From the NCBI GenBank assembly GCA_964234715.1, contig OZ174275.1: a stretch of DNA of 64,000 nucleotides. One strand, given 5' to 3'. Numbering within the stretch: position 1 is the stretch's first letter; each line of letters begins with the position of its first letter. Both the position numbers and the translations under genes were made by a program. The stretch comes from Podarcis melisellensis (lineage: Eukaryota). A model generated the notes under the pieces. It saw only the letters and a list, made by a program, of their open reading frames with translations. It ran no database searches and had not been told where the DNA came from. Positions 46,496 to 57,663 of this stretch are shown piece by piece.

Positions 46496-47541
46496 TACCT
46501 TATGATTTTTTTGGAGGGGAGGGAGGATTCTGCATTAGACAAAGTCAGAAGGACATTGGAAAGAAAATAATCTGTGTATATCGTCCGTATGAAATTACCT
46601 TACGGTACCACATCCAGTTCCCACAGCTCCCCTTGTGGTTGGTTAAATGTTATATTGCTTGTAAATACAGTTCTCTGGTAGGGAAACCGAGGCACGAGGC
46701 TGTTAAGGGACTTGGTCGAGATCACACAGGGAGACAGTGGTGAGGCATAGGAACCCTACATAATACCTCTCTTTAGAAACTGTCTGCCTTGGGTTGCTAT
46801 GGGTAGCAGACTTTTAACAGCAAACACTCTCATTTATTATCCCTGCTATCACAGAGAAGACTCTTCAGTGTACCACATATTATCCTAAAGCTATGATTTT
46901 CTACTGTCTCAGACTGTGACCTTTACTGTACCCAGGTGGATGTGCTACTTAGCATGCCTTATTTTCCCCACCGTAGGGACTTCTGGGTGCTATATATATC
47001 CAAACCTAGAACCAGGGCAGATGTCTGTTCATATACAACTGTCCTTTGCAGGTGACTGCCAAAGGGTTTCAATGAATATACACAATGGGCTGCAAAATCA
47101 GTGTGCCTCATCGGCACATTCTCTGGAACGCGCCAGGCTCCTCTCCCCGCTTCTGCCTTCCTCCATGTTTATACTTCCCTGCCTATTGATTGGCTTGTTC
47201 TCCAGCCATGAGTTTGAAGAATCCACACAAGAGATTCCTAACCAAACACTGCCTTAAGGGGGGGAGGCTGCAGGAATGACTGAGGGGGAAACACGCTGGT
47301 ATGCTCAATCACTTCCCCTTGGTCACCTACAGCCTGAGTTGCAATACTGGGTCATCGCAGGAATATTCATTGTGGGGACATTCACTCAGATGCAGAGTTG
47401 GCTGTTAAAACAGTGTGTATCTCCCTCCATGTACCTCTTCTGCCTCCCAGCAGAAGTAACACAATGGGGGCCATCTGTGCTTTGGAAACTGACTCCTCCT
47501 TATCTTGCAGCAATGGGCAAAAAGCAAAAGAGGAAGCTTTT

Positions 47542-47713
47542 GGCTTTGTACACACCATACATTTTAAAGCACATGACCTCCCCAAAGATTCCTGGGGAAT
47601 ATAGTTCACCCCTCACAGAGCTACAATTCCCAGGACCATTAGCAAACTACAGTTCCCAGGATTCTTTGAGGGGAGTCATATATGCTTTAAATGTATGGTG
47701 TGTGTGTGCAGCC
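47542..47713. mobile_element. Palindromic MITE (related remnants near 36100-36215 and 53160-53790)
   Basis: Long imperfect inverted arms CACACCATACATTTTAAAGCACATGAC / GTCATATATGCTTTAAATGTATGGTGTG around a core shared by the copies (...ACAGAGCTACAATTCCCAG...CCAGGATTCTTT). Confidence 0.7.
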
Positions 47714-50700
47714 TTTGAAAAGCGTTCACTGTGCCTGCCTAAACCCCAACCCAGATATGCAGCTCAGCATTCCTCATTAATTAAGCTCTTTATTACCTGA
47801 TGGTAAAACTAAGCAGCCACTCTCAGAAGGAGATGCAACTCTTGTGACCTGAGAGGGCACCGTAGTCACAAAAGCACCCTTCCCACCCCCACAATGCTGA
47901 TATCTCACAGACCACCCAGGGCAAAGTGGCTGCAGTTCGCTACTTCTTCCGAGCATGTACAAAATATTGAGATACAATGGAAAATGGGATAAGGACCATT
48001 TTACTAAGCAAGGATATAATAAGCCTGCATGGACACATATACACAAAACCCTCACCATAAAAACTAGAGCAGATAAGATCCTTGAAAAGCCATTGGATCC
48101 AGCACCAATTTACTCCCTACCATGCTCTCAATAAAACATCCAAAATCATCAGCTCTAGATAGGACACATTACCACTTTGCTGCAGTTGTCTTGAAGTATG
48201 CTTTCCTACAGAGTTTTGGGCAATTCAAGGATACATCCCTGCCACTTCAGCTACCTGACTTTTGTACCTTTCAGCTACCATTTGATCAATGCAATTTAAT
48301 GACTATTGATAGGTATTTGGTTCCTTGTTAAAATGACACACTATTTCTGCATCCTCTCTTTGTTCATTTGGTTTCAATGGACAGGATGACCACTTTTGCT
48401 TTTATTTTATTTTTTGCTTCCGTTGGATCCCCTGATACTTCAAAGCATACCGTGAGGTCTCCTCTTTCCCCTTCTGCTCTTTCATGCCAGATCAATTATG
48501 GCCACAATTAGCAGAGGGTTCCCTCTCCCAGGCAGTTTAGGAAAGCTTAGTAAGCCAGTGCTTGAGAACCCCAGCCTCCAGACACTGGTGTGTTAAGGTG
48601 CAAGTCAGCTTAGTCTCACAGATACCAAGGAAGTTAGAGGCACATAAAGATACAGTTGAAAACTACCGGTAATCCAGAAATCACTTTCCAGGTCTCTGAG
48701 GATTGCTAAAGCAAAGAGTTTTGAACTCTAACCCACCACTGAAGACATACACACACTGTTCACCACAGCACTGTCACAGAGTCCACCTTCTGATCTTAGG
48801 AAAGCAATCATTTTGCTTTGCAATTCTGGGCCAACTTCATGCAAGACACATCATGGGAACAACCAGGACCCAGAGCAAAGAGACAAGGAGAATTCCTCAT
48901 GGCTCGTTAGGCACTTATTACAAGTTAAAGTTCCTGATATCCAATACAATCCAAGAACCTAAAAGAAAAGAAAATAATTTATTCTCATTTGTCATTCTTC
49001 AACAGAGGGCTAAAGTTAAAGCTCCAAAGGAGTTCTTCCCTAATGATCCCGTGTATGCCTATGATGGTCGAAGAGCTCAAAATACTTCACAGGTCAAAAT
49101 GGTTCACTTATAAACCCCATCGTGTATTATCACCATTAGGGCACCTTTTCACATTACTTTTCAGATGTATGCCTAAGATGTTTTAAAGTGCAACTAAATA
49201 CAGGTTTGCAAGTACATTTGTCTTAACAAACATGAGTATTGGGGACAATAATTGACTGCAGCTCCTAATTAAGTGGACATCCAGTAGCTGGCAAACCCAT
49301 GTAATGCATAAAACGGACCTTAGTATCTTTTTCCTAATGTGCCAACAACCCCACTGGCTGCTTTCTAAAGTCTTATACAGGCCTGACTTCATTCAGCTAA
49401 TGAAAATATTGCACAGCCACATGACCTTCCAGAATACAGCAAAAAGGGAAAGTGATCGCTTAGCAGACAGACTCCAAAGGTGATGAGGGGTTGGAAGAGA
49501 GAGTAGATGAACTCAAATAGCTTGAAGACCTTCCATATTAGGTTATTCTGGTACAATTCTGAGGACTGCAGCCATAGCTCTTCAAATTTTCTCTACGTAG
49601 GATTGCCCCCCTCCCCCCGGGTTTGTAAGTAAAACATCAGCTTCTTGCATCTGTTGACCTCTGGGACAACTAATTCTACCACAATTTTTGAAATAAGAGT
49701 GATTCTGCTTCTTCACCTCTGTCCTGATCTCTCCACTTTCCCAATCTTGGGATAACAAGATAGGCAATTAAAAGAAGCATGGGGTGAATATAAATGCATG
49801 CAGGTTTCAAACTGTCCATTTTAGCCATGCAAAATCCCATCCGCTACATGTTATAGGCATATGTATGAGGATAAATGGTTATATACTGATACCTTTCTCC
49901 TTTCCCCTCCTCCCCATTCAGGCTTATCTCCTCCCCCCCGCCCAATATTTTCTGAACACCTTCTCTAGGTGTTCATATCAAGACCTAATATCACCATCAC
50001 CTCCTTCTTCCTCTTTCTGGCCTCCCTCTTGGCTCCTGGCTCTTTCCAGCCTCTCCACCCTTCCCCTGGCCTCTCCTCTGCCCATGCCAGCTGTGAACAT
50101 TGGCTTGGATTGAGCCATTGTCTTCTGGACATTGGGACAGAGGAGGAGGGGAAGGTGTGAGCAACAACACAGTAGAGCATTTGTATGCTCCCCAGTGCTC
50201 CCCCCCTCTGCCCCGGCAGTCAATGGCCTACTTGTCAATTCATGCGCTAAGATGGAGGAAATCACAGCACATACAAACATCAGCATTTGGTGATTGTGAA
50301 GGTGCCTGCCTGGAGACACACATTGGGCCATTTATAATCCGATTCCATTTTCATAGTCTTCACTGTTAACAACACAACATCCCACATTCTGTCTCAGGAT
50401 AAGAGATGGAGAAAGGTTGCAAGGAAAACACAATCATTCCTGGAAAACGACGGGCTCTCTCACTATCAGACCCTGTCAGCTCACATCATGCACCTGGGAC
50501 AACTGCTGGGAAATCCATAATATTATTCCTTCATCTGACTCTCAGCACTCAAGTCCCAAACATAGAGAGACAGCCCCAGCCTCACCCTGGGTCAAACTTA
50601 CTCACAGGCAATAAATCCCTAATCTCAAACAGGTCTGCGGAGCAGATAACCAAGCAGCTTTCAAAGCTTCTCTCATCTATTAATATGAAATGTCTTGGGA

Positions 50701-51094
50701 GAAATATACATTTTCATATTCCCACCTTTGTGAAACAGTTAATTACAACAGATGGAATTCAAAGGTGTGCCATTACAAACATGTCTGCACAAGCTTTCTG
50801 GCTTGCCAGACAAAATGATTCCTCTCTCCCCACCCTGAGTCAACTTTGAGGGGTCTGGGAGAGGAGATGGGGGGGGGTGACCCACTGCACAAGTGGAAGT
50901 CCTTATGCATGTCTACCTCTGACGTGTTTTGTTAGGTGAATCCCGCTCAATACATTCAATTAGCAAATCCATGCACATACATGACAAACTCCAAAACACC
51001 ACTATTGGATGCATGCATTGCCTTTTGCACCATGGAGAACAGAAATGGAAATGGCAGAGGATGTAAGAACACTCAGGCTTAGTCCTCTCAGCCC

Positions 51095-51290
51095 AGGAGA
51101 GAATGTAGGAGTTAAGAGTGCCAGGCTAAGCCTGGAGACCCAGGTTCATGTTGCCATGGCCAATCACATTCTTAGCCAACTTAATTCACAGGGTTGTTGT
51201 GAGGATAAAAGGGGTGGGTGGGGGGAGGCTAGCACATATACTACTTTGAGCTCTCTGGAGTAAAAGTGGAAAATAAATGTAAATAAAAAG
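51095..51290 (+). mobile_element. Squam3-like SINE (degraded)
   Basis: GGAGACCCAGGTTCA...CACAGGGTTGTTGTGAGGATAAAA...AATAAA. Confidence 0.62.
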
Positions 51291-52753
51291 TGCAGGTAGC
51301 TTAAACCAGCAACCTTGCATTTCACAACTGGTTTCCTAACTGACTGAGCCACTGCAGGTCTTCACCAGCAGAGGGCTTTGCCTCCCCAAGACTGGCGACC
51401 TACTTGAGGAAAGGAGCTTCCAGGTCAGGATGAAGCCTTTACCCCAGCAACTGTGTCTGGCTTTGTCTTCAGCCTGATTATGTTTGCTACCATCCCAGCC
51501 AGCCAGCCAGCCTGCTGCCTTATGCTGCTCTCTGTTCCTTGATGACAAGTTACCTTACCATGGCATTGGCTCCACTCTACTAAAGCTCCACAGAAGCCAT
51601 CTTCCTTGCTGCCTAGCTTTCTGTTGACTATGTTTTCATCTAGTGTGGCAGGCTCTCCTCCCCTACGTCACCAGAACCTTTTAACCTGCAGGCCTTGTTT
51701 GCTCAAAGGAACTCTGATCCTGGCAAGGACCTACTGGGGTCTTTCTTATCACTTGGTGCAGCCACATGCAGTTATCAGAATTCACATCCATCTGCACACA
51801 TCACTGTATCACTCTTCAAAAAGTTCTACTGGGTTTGCCTTCCTCTCTCTAAACAGGTTCATGCCAAGACAGACTTTTTTCTGCCCAAACCAGATGTTTT
51901 CAGTTATGCTGCAATTCAGTCGCTCACTAAATCAACTCTCAATTTATCATTGGGGTGGCTGTGGATTGCCAGTCTGACTAAGAGTTAAAACAGACGAGCA
52001 GAAGCTCCGAGTGCTGAGCTGTACCATTTCGAACGACAGGTGGAGAATGGAATGCTCCTCGCATTTTATTTTTTTTATAAAAATCTCAATTAAGATAGAA
52101 AAGCTAGCATGCTGGGGAAAGGCCCTTTCTACTGAACATGCTCCTTTTGCTCATGCACATACTATTTTATTTGGTAGGGACTGGGGCACTCAAACATCCT
52201 CACCAGCTGTCAGAAACGCTATAGCCAGGCACAGCAATAGACCCCAAAAGGCTTCTGTTCACCCACTTTGGCTCTTCACCTCCACTTGAAACCAATTTTA
52301 CTTAAAGCCTCTAAAACTTTTGTGTGTGAGACAGCCATCAGACGAACGCACCCTGCTAATGCTCTCCGGGGCTGCCAAACCATCTTTATCTATTGACAAT
52401 AGATCCGAGTGTCAATTAAGACCCACCAAAAGGAAACACGTAGCACTAAACGTTTCTGAAATAGCTTGGGGAGGAAAAAACTGATGAAGCAACCAGTGCA
52501 GCTGTTAACAAATGGGAGAAGAAAGGAAATTACACAAGAAGAATGAGTCATTAGATAACACATTTTAATTAATTCAACGGCTCTCTCCATGGGCAGTACA
52601 TGACCCCTGACTGTAGCACATTGTCTAGAATCTTATCCAATTTAGCTTCAGAAATGACACTATTGACCGGATGGCTTTAAAGAGATATGGATTCCAGTCC
52701 TACTTCTCTGGCTTGCATAGCCTGTAATTTTCCACCATGCTTGCTGAAATGTA

Positions 52754-52870
52754 AATAAGAACATAAGAAGAGCCTGCTGGATCAGGCCAATGGCCCATCT
52801 AGTCCAGCATCCTGCTCTCATAGTGGCCAACCAGATGTCTATGGGAAACCTGCTAGCAAGACCGGAGCAC
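52754..52870 (-). mobile_element. CR1-type 3' end / SINE tail (related copies near 15900-15988 and 54780-54975)
   Basis: ATAAGAACATAAGAAGAGCCTGCTGGATCAGGCCAATGGCCCATCTAGTCCAGCATCCTG, i.e. a (TTCTTATG)-tailed element in reverse. Confidence 0.7.
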
Positions 52871-53311
52871 AATATTTCCATGCACTGGTACTCAAAAGGC
52901 AATAAAGAAGTTCGAGATACTCATGGCACCTATACTAGGGTGACATCCAATGACACCCACTTGCCATATGTAAATCACTCCTCTCTAGCTGCCTGCATTT
53001 TCCCCTGTCCCCTTTCTGATCCATACAGTCTCCCATCCCTCTAGGGCAGAGTTTGGAGGTCCATGGACATGGCCAGGGGAGAAGGAGAAGGCCTGCTGCA
53101 TGAATGATGCCCACCCGTACTATGTTGGATCTCACCCTTATCCACCAATTTATGTTATGGCTTCTCCCAAAGAATCCAGTAGCTGCAATTCCCGGTGTGG
53201 TTTAACAACCAATCCCAGGGGAACTCTGGAAATTGTAGCTTTGTAAGGGGAATTTCCTAGCAACTCTCAGAACCCTTAACTAGTTAGTTCCCAGGATTCT
53301 CCTGGATACTA

Positions 53312-53670
53312 GGGACGCAGGTGGCGCTGTGGGTTAAAGCCTCAGCGCCTAGGACTTGCCGATCGAAAGGTCGGCGGTTCGAATCCCTGCGGCGGGGTGT
53401 GCTCCCGCTGCTCGGTCCCAGCGCCTGCCAACCTAGCAGTTCGAAAGCACTCTCGGGTGCAAGTAGATAAATAGGGACCGCTTACCAGCGGGAAGGTAAA
53501 CGGCGTTTCCGTGTGTGGCTCTGGCTCGCCAGAGCAGCGATGTCACGCTGGCCACGTGACCCGGAAGTGTCTCCGGACAGCGCTGGCCCCTGGCCTCTTG
53601 AGTGAGATGGGTGCACAACCCCAGAGTCTGTCAAGACTGGCCCGTACGGGCAGGGGTACCTTTACCTTTT
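53312..53670 (+). mobile_element. Full-length Sauria SINE (tRNA-derived head, BovB-type tail), young and CpG-rich
   Basis: Starts GGGACGCAGGTGGCGCTGTGGGTTAAA (A box) with GGTTCGAATCC (B box), ends in (ACCTTT)n, and is flanked by a long direct duplication. Confidence 0.92.
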
Positions 53671-53842
53671 TAAGGGGAATAGGAATTTCCTAGCAACTCT
53701 CAGAACCCTTAACTAGTTAGTTCCCAGGATTCTCCTGGATAAGCCATGGCCGCTAAGGTGGAACAATAGTGCTCTAAATGTCCAGCGCGGAAGTCCCCAA
53801 AGCACCACCCCTTCCAATTCAGTCCTCCTCTGTAGTCAAATA

Positions 53843-53977
53843 ATCTTAGAATTGTAGAATTAGAAAGGACCCTGAGGATCATCTAGTCCAACCCCATGCA
53901 GTGCAGGAATATGCAGCCATCCCATACAGCGGTCAAACCTGCAATCTTGGTGTTATCAGCACCATGCTCTAACCACT
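53843..53977 (-). mobile_element. tRNA-derived SINE with CR1-type tail (variant subfamily)
   Basis: Alignable to 44085-44230. Confidence 0.75.
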
Positions 53978-55347
53978 AGAACCACTTATAGATATGTGAG
54001 ATGTTTCAATGGTCACATGAGATTACAATGTTCTACTTGCTGCAACATGGAGCAGATACGACACTTAAAGAGCAGGCAATTTTTATTACGCTGTGTTTAC
54101 TGCCACATAGTCCAAACCCACATTTAATTACATTCCTACCACCAACTCTCTGTTCCTCGTTGTCCATCTGTTCAAGATGCTCTTTCGTCACTGATTCCGA
54201 GTGCTTGAACTTAGGTCATCTAGTTAGCAGGTATGGGGCTCCCCCCACCCCACACCGAGATGATAACACATGCAAGTAGGCCTGAATATACCAGCTGATC
54301 ATTTGACCCATTCACTCCTTAAACAGCATGAAGAAGTATTTTGGAATTATTTCCTTATCCTCACTGCTGCTCATAGATATTCCCAATTTGGTATCAGCTG
54401 CAACATTCTGAGCCCTACTTCCAAGGCACTAATCAGGTGTTAAAGAATCATTCCTAACACCGACCTGTAATGCACCAATTTCTTTTCATAAAGGGGTCAT
54501 CTGAAAGTTACCTTGTATTTGCAGCACTTTAGGTATGACCCAGAAGAAGTTGCAATAAGATCACACACCCACACACCACTTAAGATAGGGTATTTGTGCA
54601 GGTGTTCACTCCTCCCTTCCTTTGTCGGCTTTAACGATATTTTAGCAAGACAATTGCACCACCAACAACCAAATTCACCCTTAACCAGTTTGGCAAACAT
54701 GCTTTGTGGATCTTCAAAGCATGGTTTGCAGGAAGTCAGGATTAGACCAGCATGTAAAAATTAAAACCAAGATGACTTTAAAAAGGGATAAGGCAATATG
54801 CTACCTCTAGGATCAGAGGAACCATGTCTCTGAATACCAGTAGCAACAGTAGAATACCAGGAGACAACTACAGGAGGCTGCTGTACCTCATGGCCTGCTT
54901 GTGGGCTTCCCATGAGAAGCTGTGAGAAGCAGGGTGCTGGACTAGCCTTTGGTCTGATCCAGCAGGGATCTTTCTATTTATTTATTTTGCAGAATTTATA
55001 TGATGCTTGACTGTAAGAAAGCCTCTAAGTGGCTTACAAAAATATGAAATAAAACATTAAAGACTACGCATAAAAACAGGAATTTTAATACATTCAAAAC
55101 TAATTAAAGCCAAGAGTAGCTAAAAAGAGTTAAAACACATGTCTGGATAGGTCTGCCTAAATGAAAAAAAATGTTTTAAGCAGGTACGGAAAAGAATATG
55201 GCGAAGTCGCCTGCCTGATCTCAATAGGTGGGGAATGAAAGCTGGACTGAAAGATTGATTACAAGCGCAGAACAAGTATTATGTGGCAACTGCAACAGCA
55301 GCTGTTCTGGAGATCAAAGCAGTCCAGTAGGTATACATAGGGTAAGG

Positions 55348-55544
55348 CAGGCATGTCCAAAGTCTGTTCCGGGGACCTAATTCGGCCCGCCGGTCAGTTT
55401 AATCCATCCCCTGTGGCACTTTATTTCCTCAACAACTTCAATCCTTAAAAAAGGTCAACAACTTTGGTCAGTTCTTTGGTTGGCCCTCACGCATGTCCAC
55501 TTCATCAAATCTGGCCCTCTTTGAAAAAAGTTTGGACACCCCTG
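55348..55544. mobile_element. hAT MITE
   Basis: TIRs CAGGCATGTCCAAA / TTTGGACACCCCTG, flanked by the direct repeat GGTAAGG (7 bp as read, 8 bp with a 1-nt ambiguity). Confidence 0.85.
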
Positions 55545-55744
55545 GGTAAGGCAACCCTGCAAGTAAAGTAGCCCTGTGTTCTTAAGGGCTTTGTATACTT
55601 ATAGCAGTAGCCTGAACTTGGTCCAGTAACAGTACACCTCTCCAAGCAGAGGTGTTCTATGCAGACGGGAGGCATGGGGGATTCAACTAAGAAGTTGCTG
55701 CATGCTGCATGCATGGAACAAGGTCTCCTCAAGCAGTGGGGTTG

Positions 55745-55851
55745 AATGGCCATCTTCCATGGGTGCTTTTGTTAAGATTCCTGCACTGCAGGGGCTTGAA
55801 CTAGATGGCCCTCAGGGTCCCTTCCATCTCTACAATTCTACGATTCTATGA
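55745..55851 (+). mobile_element. 3' part of a CR1-tailed SINE inserted in the L2 remnant
   Basis: CCTGCACTGCAGGGGCTTGAACTAGATGGCCCTCAGGGTCCCTTCCATCTCTACAATTCTACGATTCTATG. Confidence 0.72.
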
Positions 55852-56271
55852 CCTCCCTTTCTCTTTCCCTGGATGCCCCCTGAACACCCCTCAATGTTCT
55901 CTGGAGGGTTGGCAGAATCTTCCAGAATAGGTTTAGGAGGTGCATAGGGGGCACACAGAGGGGGGGCAGGTCTAGATACACAAGTGGCCCTCATTCCCCA
56001 TATCTTCTTCTCCTCTGAATTTATATACCACCCTATACCTGGAGGTCTCACCACTTATTGCTACACTGAATTCCACCCAGGGTTTCACTCCTGTCAGCAA
56101 CCATCCTGTAGCATTCTGCACTAACGGCAGCTTCTGGCTCAAGCACAAGGGAAGCCCCCCCAACATTGCATTAATCCAATCTTGAAGTCACAGATGCCTG
56201 AACTACTGCTGTCATGCTCTCCCAGGCCCAAGAAAGGCCTTCACTGTTTGCACCAGTTGCAGCTGCTAAAA

Positions 56272-56518
56272 CAGGGGTAAGCAACCTAAGGCTCGGGGGC
56301 CAGATGCAGCCCAATCGCCTTCTCAATCCGGCCCACGGACCATCCGGGAATTAGCATGTTTTTACATGAGTAGAATGTGTGCTTTTATTTAAAATGCATC
56401 TCTGGGTTATTTGTGCACAGGAATTTGTTCATCCCCCCCAAAAAAAGATAGTCCGGCCCTCCACAAGGTCTGAGGGACGGTGCACCGGCCCATGGCTGAA
56501 AAAGGTTGCTGACCCCTG
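56272..56518. mobile_element. hAT (Charlie-like) MITE
   Basis: TIRs CAGGGGTAAGCAACCT / AGGTTGCTGACCCCTG; perfect 8-bp TSD TGCTAAAA. Confidence 0.92.
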
Positions 56519-57621
56519 TGCTAAAATGTGCTTCTAGCCAATGTGACGACCTGGGCCTCCAATGACACAGCTGGATCCAGCAGCATCCCCAAACTGCTCC
56601 CTTGAGGGGCAGGGAAACCTTGCCCAGGGAAGGCAGTTGACCAATTCACCCACAGTGCCTCTGTGTTCCCAGGATTCAAGCTCAGTTTATTATGTCCTTA
56701 TCGGTGTTTATAGAGAGCTTTGGGAGGCCTGAAAGGATAACCAAGCAAACTACCTAGTAGGATGTAGACCGAAAGGATAGCTAAACTGGCAGCTGCCCAG
56801 GGAATGCCGCACTCACACCCCTTGCAGTCATTGTTAACAATTCAGAACTAAACGTGCTTCTTCCTGTGCCTCAAACAACCTATCCTCCCAGAGTCCTCTG
56901 GGACTGCGTGGTCAGGGCTGCTTCCCCCCACCTCCAACCCCAAAATAATTTGCTGTTTTTATCAGTGGAAGGCTTCAAAATATCTTCTAGAACGGCATGG
57001 ATGCAGGATTGTGCAAGGTAAATAACAAGTCCCACACACACACACACTCCTAAGAAATGGCATGTATACTAGCAGGGATTTTTGCATGACTGTAGGGTAA
57101 TTAATTAATTAGCAGGCTTTTGAAGCTATTTTTGAAGCATGGAGAGGGAGGGGAGGGGGAAGAGGCGGTCTAGTAATGGAAGATTAACAAGATGTCAGTG
57201 AATGAAGGACATTCCAGGATGGTCCTTACAACTAGGGCCAGGGGCACCAGACAAAATTTAGTGCCTCTTTAATTGTGTACTAATCTTCATACCAGGAAAC
57301 CTAACAGTGGAGTCCTAATTAGGAACACAGCTAGAGATGGAGGCAGAGTACTGTGCCACCAATTCACAGCAGGTACAATCCTGTCCAACTTTAAGATAGC
57401 ACCTGAATATATATGGAACCGGGGGGATCAAACGGAGCCGTATTTTCACCATGTGCAGTGTGTGGGGGCAGGGAATGTGCTATAAGGGTTAGTGGAAAGT
57501 CTATGTGAGTTTTCCATATCCCCATCCAACTTTTCATCTTATCTCATGAAGCTCATGCCCAGAAGCATAAATAACTCAAACCAAGCAGAGGGGAAGGCTA
57601 GATGGTGTAATGGGAGGTGTA

Positions 57622-57624
<3 letters not shown>

Positions 57625-57660
<36 letters not shown>
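57625..57660. repeat. (CA)n microsatellite
   Basis: Read directly from the sequence. Confidence 0.95.

Positions 57661-57663
<3 letters not shown>

Larger units (their letters stand above)
54975..56720 (-). mobile_element. Decayed L2-clade LINE 3' portion interrupted by younger insertions
   Basis: Minus-strand frame near 56210-56080 reads AVVQASVTSRLD*CN...GLPL...KLPLVQNATGWLLTG, like the L2 ORF2 'VTSRLDYCN...LQLVQNAAARLLT' region; A-rich tail near 54975. Boundaries are approximate. Confidence 0.7.

Noticed and set aside
47276-47800. Longest ORF in the track (174 aa) and other 100-160 aa ORFs (e.g. 2011-2493, 14015-14491, 15121-15600)
   Set aside because: They have no recognisable domains, run through MITE/SINE/CR1 remnants, and are of lengths expected by chance in 64 kb.
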